Assembly (NCBI GenBank): GCA_963748815.1
Contig: CAVVKJ010000010.1
Span: 192,001 to 256,000 of the forward strand
DNA: 64,000 nucleotides
Reading direction: 5' to 3'
DNA from: an uncultured Gemmatimonadales bacterium
Lineage (GTDB): Bacteria > Gemmatimonadota > Gemmatimonadetes > Gemmatimonadales > GWC2-71-9
The position numbers and the translations under genes are program-made. Below the pieces are notes generated by a model. It was not told the origin of the DNA, ran no database searches, and was given only the letters and a program-made list of their open reading frames with translations. This document shows, in pieces, positions 46,361-57,287 of the stretch (its first letter is position 1; every line of letters starts with the position of its first letter).

Positions 46361-46875
46361 TGCGACGACTTGGATGGTTCCTCACGGCGGCGTTCCTCCT
46401 GGCGGTGCCGCCCCTTAGCGCACAGGACGCCGGCGACGACTCGCCGCAGGCCGTTCGGATGCGCCAGCAGATCGAGCAGCGCTTTGCGCAGCAGATCCAG
46501 GCCAATCTCGGGCTGACGGACGAGCAGGCGGTCAAGCTGCGGGCCACCTTCAACACCTACGCGCCGAAGCGGCGGGCGATGGAGCAAGAGGAGCGCGCCA
46601 TCAAGCAGGGGCTGCAGGGGCAGCTGCGGCCGGGGATCGCCGCCAACTCCGACAGCGTCGCCAAGCTGGTGGATCGGCTCCTCGAGGTGAAGGTCGCCTA
46701 TGCGCAGAGCTTCGTGGACGAGAACCTGGAGATGGCGAAGTACCTCACGCCGGTGCAGCGGGCCCAGTTCCAGGTGATGCGGGAGCGGCTGATGGCGCGC
46801 ATCGAGGAGGTGCGGCAGCAGCGGCAGCAGCAGTTCCGTCAGCAGCAGGGGGCGCCGGGGGCGCAGCAGCCGTAG
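46360..46875 (+). CDS. Periplasmic Spy/CpxP-like helical protein
   Basis: Signal peptide; LGLTDEQ and YLTPVQ (LTxxQ) motifs; third gene of the ECF trio. Confidence 0.75.
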   Translation: MRRLGWFLTAAFLLAVPPLSAQDAGDDSPQAVRMRQQIEQRFAQQIQANLGLTDEQAVKLRATFNTYAPKRRAMEQEERAIKQGLQGQLRPGIAANSDSVAKLVDRLLEVKVAYAQSFVDENLEMAKYLTPVQRAQFQVMRERLMARIEEVRQQRQQQFRQQQGAPGAQQP

Positions 46876-46932
46876 CCTGACGGCGGCGGTTCTTGCGCCC
46901 TTGCGGCGGTCTGCCCATCTTCCTCCCGCGGC

Positions 46933-47015
46933 GCCCGAGTGGCGGAATGGCAGACGCAACGGACTCAAAATCCGTCGGGGGCAACCCCGTGCGAGTTCGA
47001 CTCTCGCCTCGGGCA
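46933..47015 (+). tRNA. tRNA-Leu (CAA)
   Basis: Acceptor GCCCGAG/CTCGGGC, D-arm GGCGGAATGGCAGACGC, anticodon arm ACGGA-CTCAAAA-TCCGT, long variable arm, T-loop GTTCGAC; CCA not encoded (A-TCA). Confidence 0.95.
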
Positions 47016-47024
47016 TCACAAGCA

Positions 47025-47077
47025 GGACAACGACTTAGCCCCCATCGAGTGATCTGCTCGGTGGGGGCTTGTTGTCC
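47025..47077. terminator. Hairpin between the tRNA and the convergent permease gene
   Basis: AGCCCCCATCGAG / CTCGGTGGGGGCT inner stem plus outer GGACAAC / GTTGTCC. Confidence 0.6.
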
Positions 47078-47095
47078 GCTACTGAATGCGGAACG

Positions 47096-49753
47096 CTATT
47101 CCGCCTGGAGTGCCACCGCCGGGTCGGCGCGCGCCACCCTGCTCGCCGGTATCCACGATGCGGCAAGCGCGGTGACGGTAAGGAGCACTGGCACGAGGAG
47201 AAACGTGACCGGATCGATCGCGCCCACGCCGAAGAGCATGCTTTCCAGTGCACGTGTGGCGACCGCGGCCAGGCAGACGCCGACGACGACGCCGATGGCC
47301 GCAAGCCCGAGACCATGGCGGACCACCAGCCATCGCACTGCCTCGCGCGTTGCCCCGAGCGCGAGGCGGAGGCTCATCTCCCTGGACCGCCGCCGCGCGA
47401 GTTGCGAGATGACTCCGTAGACACCGACCATCGCCAGCACCACCCCGACCCCGGCAAAGGCGAGCAACAGCACCATCATGAAGCGCGGGCGGGCGATCGA
47501 ACTCTGCCGGACATTCATCATGCTCCGCGATCGGAGGATGGCGAGCTCCGGATCCAGCCGTTTCACCACGGCGCGAACCGCCGGTGCCGTGCTCGCCGGG
47601 TCCCCGGCGGTCCGCACCACGAGCGTCATGCCCCGACGCCAATCCTGGGCGAACGGAGCGAGGAATTCCGGTATCGGCTCCTTGTCGAGGCTGGCCTGCC
47701 GCTCACTCCCGACCACCCCGACGATGGTCATCCAATTGGACGTCGAATCCGGGACCCGGTCAAACGCGACGCGGAGTCCGACTGGATCCTCGTCCGGGAA
47801 GTATCGGCTGGCCAACGCCTCGTTGATCAGGACGACGTTTTCCGCTCCCGGCCGGTCCGCTGGTTCGATGCCGCGGCCCTGCACGAGCGGGATGCGCATT
47901 ACCTCGAGGTAGTCGGGTGAGACCTCCCGATGCACCACCTGCATGCCGCCCGGGCTCGGATCGCGACCGGCGACGGAGAAGTCGCTGCTCCACGAGGGCC
48001 CCGTGAGCGGAAGCTGCGAGACGATGGCGGCCGCCCGCACCCCTGGAATCCCCCGCACCTCTTCCTCGAGGCGACGATAGAATCCGAGGACGGCGTCGCG
48101 CGTTTCGTAGGCGGACTCGGGCAACTCAAACTCGGTCGCCAGGACCCCGGTGGGATCAAACCCCGGTTCCACCTGCTGGAGCCGAAGGAGCGAGCGGGTG
48201 AGGAGGCCGGCGCCGAGCGCCAGGAGCAGGGCAAGCGCCACCTCGCCGACAATGACCGCGTCGCTGAGGCGCCGGCTCCGCCGGCTCAAGCCGCCGCTCC
48301 TGCCGCCGGCCTGCAGCCCCTGCGCGGGCGGGCGCGCGGCTCCCCACAACGCCGAGGGCATGCCGAAGAGGATGCCGCTCAACAGGGCAATCAGTCCCGT
48401 GGCAGCCAGCACCCGCCCATCCATCCCGACGTCGGAGACCGGCAACATCCCCTGGGGCTGGAGCGCGAGGAGGAGGCGTGTCCCGATCCACCCGACCGCC
48501 AGTCCACCGAGACCACCGAGGACCGAGAGGACGAGCGAGCCCGTCAGCCCTTGCCGCACCAGGCGCAGGCGCCCGGCGCCGAGGGCGATCCGGACCGCCG
48601 TCTCGCGGTCGCGAGAGGCGGCCTGCACCAGGAGCAGGTTGCCGACGTTGGCGCAGGCAATGAGCAGCAGCGCCGCGACCGCCGCGAGCAGGATGAGGAG
48701 GGGGGTCCGGGTGGAGCCGGACCGAAATTCGTGCAGCGGCGTCAGGCCGGCCCCCATGTGGGTGTTCGTGGCCGGGTAGTCCTGCTCAAGCCGGGCCGCC
48801 ACCGTTTGCAATTCTGCGTTCGCCGCCTCGGGGGAGACTCCGGGACGAAGCCTGGCAATGACGCGCATCCAGTGCGCCCGCCGAAAGAAAACTTGCGCAC
48901 GGTTGGCCGGATCCATCGCCCACGGCGTCCAGAGGTCGGTGCCGTCGAAGGGGAAGTCGAAGCCGGGCGGCGCAACGCCGACGATGACGACCGGACGTCG
49001 ATTGATGCTGACACTCGAGCCGACGACCGCCGGGTCGGAGCGGAAGCGCTCCGTCCAGACACGGTGACTGATGATCGCCACCGCCTCACCCGTCGCCCAG
49101 GATTCGCGGTCGGTGAAGGTGCGGCCCAACTCGGCGGGCACGCCCAGCACGCGAAAGAAGTTGCCGGTGACCGTCGCCGCGGTGAGCAGCAGCGGATCAC
49201 CGTCGCCGCTCAGGGTCACCTGGTCGGAAAAGGAGGGGTATCCGGCCACATCGGCGAACCCCGTGACCTGCTCCTGCCAGTCGAGCATGTTGGCCGGCGC
49301 GGCGTCCGCCTGGTACCAGCCGCGGTCGGCGTTCTGTTCCCAGACCGCGACCAGCTCCTCGGGGTGCGCAAAGGGCAGGGGCCGGAGGAGGACCGCGTTG
49401 ACCGCCGTAAAGATGGCTGTGGTCGCCCCGATGCCGAGCGCCAGCGTCACGATCGCGGTGAGGGCCAGGGCGGGGTTGCGCCGCAACGTGCGCAGGGCGT
49501 AACGGACGTCGGCGGCGAAGTCGCGCATCCATCGCAGCCCTCGACCATCGCGATGGTCCTCGCGGACGGCGTCGAGGCCACCGAACGCAGCGCGCGCCTG
49601 CCGGTGCGCCTCCTCCGGCGTCATTCCCTCCGCGAGCCGCTTAGCCGTCTCCATCTCCAGGTGCATCGCGATCTCGGCCTCGAGTTCGGCGTCGACCGCC
49701 TGAGACCTGAAGACCCCATGGAGCCACCGGGTAGCCCCTCGGAGCGCGCTCAC
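47096..49753 (-). CDS. ADOP-type duplicated MacB/FtsX ABC permease
   Basis: Prefix ELEAEIAMHLEME...ARAAFGG, TLALGIGATTAIF, LLLIACANVGNLLL, R..LGA motifs in both halves, PASRVARADP; GTG 49753. Confidence 0.92.
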   Translation of the reverse strand: MSALRGATRWLHGVFRSQAVDAELEAEIAMHLEMETAKRLAEGMTPEEAHRQARAAFGGLDAVREDHRDGRGLRWMRDFAADVRYALRTLRRNPALALTAIVTLALGIGATTAIFTAVNAVLLRPLPFAHPEELVAVWEQNADRGWYQADAAPANMLDWQEQVTGFADVAGYPSFSDQVTLSGDGDPLLLTAATVTGNFFRVLGVPAELGRTFTDRESWATGEAVAIISHRVWTERFRSDPAVVGSSVSINRRPVVIVGVAPPGFDFPFDGTDLWTPWAMDPANRAQVFFRRAHWMRVIARLRPGVSPEAANAELQTVAARLEQDYPATNTHMGAGLTPLHEFRSGSTRTPLLILLAAVAALLLIACANVGNLLLVQAASRDRETAVRIALGAGRLRLVRQGLTGSLVLSVLGGLGGLAVGWIGTRLLLALQPQGMLPVSDVGMDGRVLAATGLIALLSGILFGMPSALWGAARPPAQGLQAGGRSGGLSRRSRRLSDAVIVGEVALALLLALGAGLLTRSLLRLQQVEPGFDPTGVLATEFELPESAYETRDAVLGFYRRLEEEVRGIPGVRAAAIVSQLPLTGPSWSSDFSVAGRDPSPGGMQVVHREVSPDYLEVMRIPLVQGRGIEPADRPGAENVVLINEALASRYFPDEDPVGLRVAFDRVPDSTSNWMTIVGVVGSERQASLDKEPIPEFLAPFAQDWRRGMTLVVRTAGDPASTAPAVRAVVKRLDPELAILRSRSMMNVRQSSIARPRFMMVLLLAFAGVGVVLAMVGVYGVISQLARRRSREMSLRLALGATREAVRWLVVRHGLGLAAIGVVVGVCLAAVATRALESMLFGVGAIDPVTFLLVPVLLTVTALAASWIPASRVARADPAVALQAE

Positions 49754-50100
49754 CTTGGGGCGTCCGCGAGGATGAGGTCCACCGCCGAGACGTACCGTCG
49801 CCACTGCTCGGTCTCCTCGCCGAGCGCGCGTCGCCCGGACTTCGTGAGCCGATAGTACTTGGCACGGCGGTTGTTCTCGGTGGTGCGCCACTCACTGTCG
49901 ACCCAGCCACGGTGCTCCAGCCGCTGGAGGGCGGGGTAGAGCGATCCCTGGTTGACGTCGAGGACGCCGCGCGAGACCTGCTGGAGGCGCTGCGAGAGGC
50001 CCCACCCGTGGTGCGGCTCGAGTGTCAGTGTCTGCAGGATGAGGAGGTCGAGCGTCCCGCGAAGGACATCGGCGGGCACCGGGGGGACGTCGGACGGCAT
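49750..50100 (-). CDS. PadR family transcriptional regulator
   Basis: LRGTLDLLIL, GSLYPALQRLE, NNRRAKYYRLT. Confidence 0.95.
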   Translation of the reverse strand: MPSDVPPVPADVLRGTLDLLILQTLTLEPHHGWGLSQRLQQVSRGVLDVNQGSLYPALQRLEHRGWVDSEWRTTENNRRAKYYRLTKSGRRALGEETEQWRRYVSAVDLILADAPR

Positions 50101-50107
50101 GCGGCCT

Positions 50108-50162
50108 CTTCTGTCGGGTTCCAACAGAAGATCCTGTCGCTTCTGTCGAAAGTCAAGAGAAG
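50108..50162. promoter_or_regulatory. Two 23-bp imperfect palindromes (putative PadR operators) overlapping a promoter
   Basis: CTTCTGTCGGGTTCCAACAGAAG (50108-50130) and CTTCTGTCGAAAGTCAAGAGAAG (50140-50162); minus-strand TTGACT-N17-GATCTT. Confidence 0.6.
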
Positions 50163-50199
50163 AGGCCGAAGGTGGCGGGTGAGGCCGGCCGCCTGGCGT

Positions 50200-51384
50200 C
50201 TACTTCTTTACCAGCTCCACCCTCCGGTTCTGCTGTCGCCCCTCGGGCGTCGTGTTTGGCGCCGCTGGTACCGTGTCGCCGAACCCGATGGTCGTCAGGC
50301 GATTGCCGTCGATCTTGTAGGTGTCGATCAGGATCTGCCTCACGGCGGCCGCGCGCCGGTCGGAGAGTGCCAGGTTCGAGGCGGCGCCGCCGACGTTGTC
50401 AGTGTGGCCCTCGATCAGGAGGTCGAGGTCGGTGTGCTGCTTCAGCATGTCGGCAATCTCGACCAGCGTCGGGGTCGATTCCGGCTGGATCTTGTCCGAG
50501 CCGGAAGCGAAGTAGATGCCCTGGGTTGCCACCCTCCCATTCTCTTCGAGGGCATCGTAGAGCTCCCGCCCGCCCGCCAGCACGCTGAAATTGCCGATGA
50601 AGACCGGCTTGTCCGCCGATCCCGAGTAGTCGACGATGATCTTGGTCGACCGCCCAAGCTCGGCATTCGGCACGTTGGCCACGCGGGTGTCGTTGATGTA
50701 CACCTTCACGTACTTGCCGTCGGCCATCACCCGGAAGCGGAAGAGGTCCGCCAGCGCACTCGGCGAGGTCGTCGCCCCGAGCGCCTTCGGCCCGCGACCC
50801 TCGATGCCCCCCCGTCATCCGGTCGTTGAAGTAGTAGAAGGCCACGTGGCTCGGCGCGTCGTCGGCGAACGTCAGCGTGGAGGCGATGTTGCTGATGGAG
50901 GCGGTCGCGTCGAACTCGATGGTGAAGCGCTCGGTGAGCGTGTCGGGGAGGAGGATCGCGAACTTGGAGGCCCGCGTCGTGGCGCGGAGGTATCGGGCAC
51001 CGTTCCACTCCGCGACTCTCCATGTTGCCGGAAATGAACTCCAGTCGCTTCGGGAAGTTGCCGACCCGGTCCCGGCTGAAAGTCGTCCACGTAGAGCGGG
51101 ATCTCGCCCGGCTGGAAGTCGTAATTGACCCAGACGCCTGAACCGGGGGCCTCGCTCTTGGCCGGGGCCGCTGGTTGGCCGCCCGCCGGCTGGGCGGCCG
51201 CCGGTTCCGCCGCCGGCGCCGGGTCGCTGCTCGCCGGCGCAGTGGACGGGGTCGACACCGTCGGCACGGACGGTACCGTCGGGACCTTCGGCTTCTTGAT
51301 GCCGGGAATTTGCGCCGCGGCCGAGTGCGGCAGGACGAAGAGCGCCAGGGTCAGGATAAGAGCCAGCCGGGACAGTCGAAGCAT
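50200..51384 (-). CDS. OmpA-family protein (several frameshifts)
   Basis: Signal peptide and Pro-rich linker, NYDFQPGE..; C-terminal IEGHTDNVG...NLALSDRRAAAV...NRRVEL. Confidence 0.85.
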
Positions 51385-51526
51385 CGTCGCCCTCCTGGGT
51401 TGCAGCCCGTGTCGCCGCCGCCGCTGTGCCTTCAGCTGGTGAATGGCACCCCACCCGCCCAATCCCGCCAATAGACACGCCGGTACAGCCCTCCGCCAGT
51501 GGGGACGGGTTGGTCGCCGGAGGGGT

Positions 51527-51898
51527 CTACCGGGCCCCCAGAATCAGCCCCGTCACGAAGGGAACCAACCAGATCAGCCACACCACGAGGCTGGTCCGGT
51601 GGAAGGCGCGGAGCCGAGATGCGGACCCGCGCACCAGCACCACGGTGGCCCACACTGCGTGCAGCAGCATGAGCAGGAGCGCCAATCCGCCCGTCACCGT
51701 GTGAAATCCCCACCGAAAGCCTCCCGCCAGTTGCCGCATCATCTCCGTGCCGGCGGTGTCAGCGGTGAAGCCAAGCCAGAAGAACAGGTCGTGCCACGGT
51801 TTCAGGCGGCGGGAGAGCACTGCCGACCAGACGCCGACGGTGTAGAGGGCGAAGGCGGCGAACATGAGGGAGACGGCAGCCCTGACAAGCGGAGGCAT
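51527..51898 (-). CDS. HsmA/TIGR03987-like small membrane protein
   Basis: YTVGVWS...LKPWH..FFWLGFTADTAGT.MM, FHTVTG, LHAVWAT, WLIWLVPF. Confidence 0.75.
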   Translation of the reverse strand: MPPLVRAAVSLMFAAFALYTVGVWSAVLSRRLKPWHDLFFWLGFTADTAGTEMMRQLAGGFRWGFHTVTGGLALLLMLLHAVWATVVLVRGSASRLRAFHRTSLVVWLIWLVPFVTGLILGAR

Positions 51899-52037
51899 CA
51901 GGCCACAAAGCTATGGAGTGAGGGAGGGAAGTTCCTGAAGCCTCTCTCACAATGGCGCGCGACCCCCGGTGAAGCGGAGTCGTCGCAAGGTCGGAAGAGC
52001 GGCGGCCGGGGGGCACACGCCCGCCATCGGGTCGCCC

Positions 52038-52409
52038 CTAGGGGGTGACGGAGTACGTGACCGGCGCGGACTCCTCGGTGTTGCCCGCTTTGTCCCGCGC
52101 CACCGCGACCCACTCATAGATGCCAGGGCCGTAGACGGAGGTATCCCAGGCATGCTCGAACGGTGCGACCGAATCTGGCGCCGGGAGCAGGGCAGTGTTC
52201 ACCTTCCAGGTGACGACCGTCACTCCGACCGCATCGGTCGCGTTCGCGGTGATCACAACCGTTCCCGTGACGGCGCCTGCGGCTGGTGAAACGATCGAGA
52301 CGAGCGGGGCGACGGTGTCTGGCGCGGACCGCGATGGGTCCGTGCTGTCGGAGCATCCAGCAATGGTCACCAGCAGAAGGACCAGGCACGAGCGCTTGGC
52401 GAGCTGCAT
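52038..52409 (-). CDS. Lipoprotein with bacterial Ig-like domain
   Basis: Lipobox IAGC; DTVAPLVSIVSP, ANATDAVGV, AVARDKAGN. Confidence 0.8.
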   Translation of the reverse strand: MQLAKRSCLVLLLVTIAGCSDSTDPSRSAPDTVAPLVSIVSPAAGAVTGTVVITANATDAVGVTVVTWKVNTALLPAPDSVAPFEHAWDTSVYGPGIYEWVAVARDKAGNTEESAPVTYSVTP

Positions 52410-52446
52410 ATCCGCTCCAGGTGAAGGATGCCTTGCGTCCACCGAC

Positions 52447-53418
52447 TCACGATCGCAGTAACATGACGATATAGGTTCCGTAGCAGGTGAGCAAGACGCT
52501 CCCCTCGAGCCGCGAAATCTTCCTGCCCGTCCACATCATCGGGAACAGGACTACCGCAAACGCCAGCATCCACCAGGCGTCAGTCTGAACGATGCCTTCG
52601 GCGATCGGGATCGGATGCACGAGCGCGGTGATCCCGAGGATGCCCAGAATATTGAAGATGTTCGAGCCGATGATATTGGCAAGCGCCAGGTCGGTTCGGC
52701 CGCGGTAGGCCGCGACGAGACTGGCCGCCAGTTCGGGGGCGCTGGTCCCAGCGGCCACGATGGTCAGGCCGATAACGCGCTCCGTCATGCCCGCGTACCG
52801 CGCGATCGCCACCGATCCGTCCACCAGGAACTTTCCGCCGAGCACCAGCAGGCCGGACCCGATGAGGACCGCCAGGATGCTGAGCCCGAGCTCCCGGGTG
52901 CGGGGATGCAGCGACCGGCCCGCCGTCTCGCTCGCGTAGTCGGTCGCTTCGGCCTGGCTGACCTCGTGCCGGGCGATGTAGACCGAATACGCCGTGAAGA
53001 CCACCAGCGATGCGACGAAAAACCCGCCTTCCATGCGGTCGAGGCCGAGGTCCCGCATCAGCAGGAATCCGATCCAGCTCGCGAGGAACATGACGGGCCA
53101 CTCCAGGCGGACCGCCGCGCCGTGTACGGCGAGCGGAGTGACCAGCGCCGCGGCGCCCAGCACCATGCCGATGTTGAAGATGTTCGAGCCGACCACGTTG
53201 CCGACGGCGATGTCCGGCGTGCCGTGCAGGGCGGCGAGAATGCTAACCACGAGCTCAGGAAGGGAGGTACCGGCGGCGACGACGGTCAGTCCGATGACGG
53301 CGGGTGTGAGTCCGGCGATCCGGGCGATGGTCGTCGCGCCGCGGACCAGCGCCTCGCCGCCACCCGCCAGGAGGCCGAGGCCGAGGATCACGAGGAGCAC
53401 TGAGGGAAGGAGTTCCAT
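52447..53418 (-). CDS. Calcium/sodium antiporter (YrbG/CaCA family)
   Basis: Duplicated GTSLPEL / GTSAPEL and GSNIFNI alpha-repeats. Confidence 0.95.
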   Translation of the reverse strand: MELLPSVLLVILGLGLLAGGGEALVRGATTIARIAGLTPAVIGLTVVAAGTSLPELVVSILAALHGTPDIAVGNVVGSNIFNIGMVLGAAALVTPLAVHGAAVRLEWPVMFLASWIGFLLMRDLGLDRMEGGFFVASLVVFTAYSVYIARHEVSQAEATDYASETAGRSLHPRTRELGLSILAVLIGSGLLVLGGKFLVDGSVAIARYAGMTERVIGLTIVAAGTSAPELAASLVAAYRGRTDLALANIIGSNIFNILGILGITALVHPIPIAEGIVQTDAWWMLAFAVVLFPMMWTGRKISRLEGSVLLTCYGTYIVMLLRS

Positions 53419-53545
53419 GGCCTCCAATATAGTCGCCACCGTGGTTCGGGCCTGTGCGGAGCGGCCCATCCCTGTACCTTTCCCGCCGTTCTGCCGACCG
53501 GAATTCCCCGGATCGGCGGGTGACCGTTGAGCGCAGGGGCGGGTC

Positions 53546-53895
53546 GTGGCGATCGAGGTACAGGTCTTTGGGACAAAGAAATGTCAGGACACGCGCAAGG
53601 CGCTTCGGTTCTTCGCGGAGCGGCGGGTGAAGACCCACTTCGTGGACCTGCAGGTCAAGGCCGCTTCCCCGGGGGAACTGCGCCGGTTTGCCCAGAAGTT
53701 CGGGGTGACGGCGCTGGTGGACCGTGACGGGAAGCGCTTCGCCGATCTCGGCCTTCGAAGCGCCGCACTCTCCGACACTCGCTGGCTCGACCGCCTCGCC
53801 GAGGACCCGCTGCTGCTGCGGACCCCGCTCGTGCGACACCAGCAGCGGCTCACGATCGGCCCCGCGGAAGCGACCTGGAAGGATTGGGTGACGGC

Positions 53896-53899
<4 letters not shown>
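53546..53899 (+). CDS. ArsC/Spx/MgsR family protein
   Basis: VQVFGTKKCQDTRKALRFF...DPLLLRTPLV. Confidence 0.85.
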
Positions 53900-55826
<1,927 letters not shown>

Positions 55827-55830
<4 letters not shown>

Positions 55831-57287
55831 TACCCCGGCGGTGGCTGGAACGGCCCCAGGATCTGCGACACCCGGTCCGCGACGGCAAGCAGGGCGTCGT
55901 CGTCCCACCGCCGCCCCACCAGCTGCACCCCGACCGGCAGCCCCTCCGCCGTCTTTCCCGCCGGAACGACCACCGCAGGACTCCCCGTCAGGTTGAACGG
56001 CGCGGCGTAGGCGCCCACCGCCGTTGTGTATGCCACCTTTGCCCCGTTGATGACGATGGGCTTCCCGGAGCGCATGTGCGGGAAGGCGACCGTGGGCGCC
56101 ACCGGGAGCATCCATGCGTCGAACCCGCCGAGGAACCGTTCCAGCGCGGCGATCTTCTCGTCTCGCGCCGCCAGCGCGCGGACGAACCGCCTCGGGTCCA
56201 TCGCGAGTCCGCCGCGCAGGCCGCGTGTCCAACGAGTTCGACCCAGCCCGAAGTAGGTGCCGTGCCGGAGCAGGAGCCGGATCGGTGCCGGGGTCATCAG
56301 CCCCATCTCGAATCCGTTGATCTCCCCCCACAATTCCAGGGCATCGTGCAGGTCGAAGCCCGAAGGAGCCGCCCGCTCCACGGTGCAACCAGCCGCTGCG
56401 AGCGAGACAGCGGCGGCGCGCACCGCGTCGGCGGTGTCCGTCGACACGGGACCCTGGGGGAGGGAGTCGGTCCAGGCGATCCGGAGCGTGGCGGCGCCGG
56501 GCGCCTCGCGCGCCGCGGCGATCGGCGGGACAGGCGGCACTTCCGAGTGCTGGCCGTCCGGCCCCTCCAGCAGCGTCATCGCGAGACGGAGGTCCGCTAC
56601 CGAGCGGGCCAGCGGTCCGAAGCTCACCATGTGCCGGAGGCCGCGCGGCGGGCCGCCGGGCAGTTCGCCGTGCCCGGCGCCCGACACCCGGTGCTCCGTG
56701 GGCTTGAATCCGAAGACGCCGCAGAAGTGGGCCGGGATGCGAATGGACCCGGCGGCGTCGCTTCCGATTTCCAGGGGGGTGAGGCCGGCCGCGACCGCCG
56801 CCGCGCCGCCGCCGGTGCTGCCGCCGGGGGTCCGGCCGAGATTCCAGGGATTGTTGGTGCGACCAAAGATGGGACTGATGCACTGCCAGTCGTAGCAGAG
56901 CAGGGGAACGTTCGTCTTGCCGACGATCACGGCCCCGGCGTCGAGGACGCGCTGCACGACCGTGGCGTTGGTGGTGGAAATATTGTCGCGGGCGGGGGCG
57001 TAGCCGGCGGTGTTCCGCAGTCCGCGCACATCGAAGATGTCCTTGATGGTGACGGGGACGCCGTGCAGCGGACCCCACCACTCGCCGCGCGCCCAGGCCT
57101 CGTCGGCGGCCACCGCGCGTTCGCGGGCCTGCGGATTGGGAATGACGATGGCGTTGAGCGGCGGGTTGAATCGGTTGATGCGGCTGGCGTAGAGGTCGAA
57201 GGCGTCCACGGCACTCCAGCGGCGCGCGCGGATCGCCTCTGCGATGTCGGCGGCAGTCGCAAAGCCGGACCCGAGATCGGCGGTCAC
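55827..57287 (-). CDS. Amidase-signature family amidase
   Basis: GPLHGVPVTIKD, GKTNVP, TPGGSTGG, GSDAAGSIRIPAHFCG; GTGA overlap with the upstream gene. Confidence 0.92.

Noticed and set aside
46933..53500. Possible genomic island integrated at tRNA-Leu
   Set aside because: No integrase, no duplicated tRNA 3' end seen, and no clear GC shift
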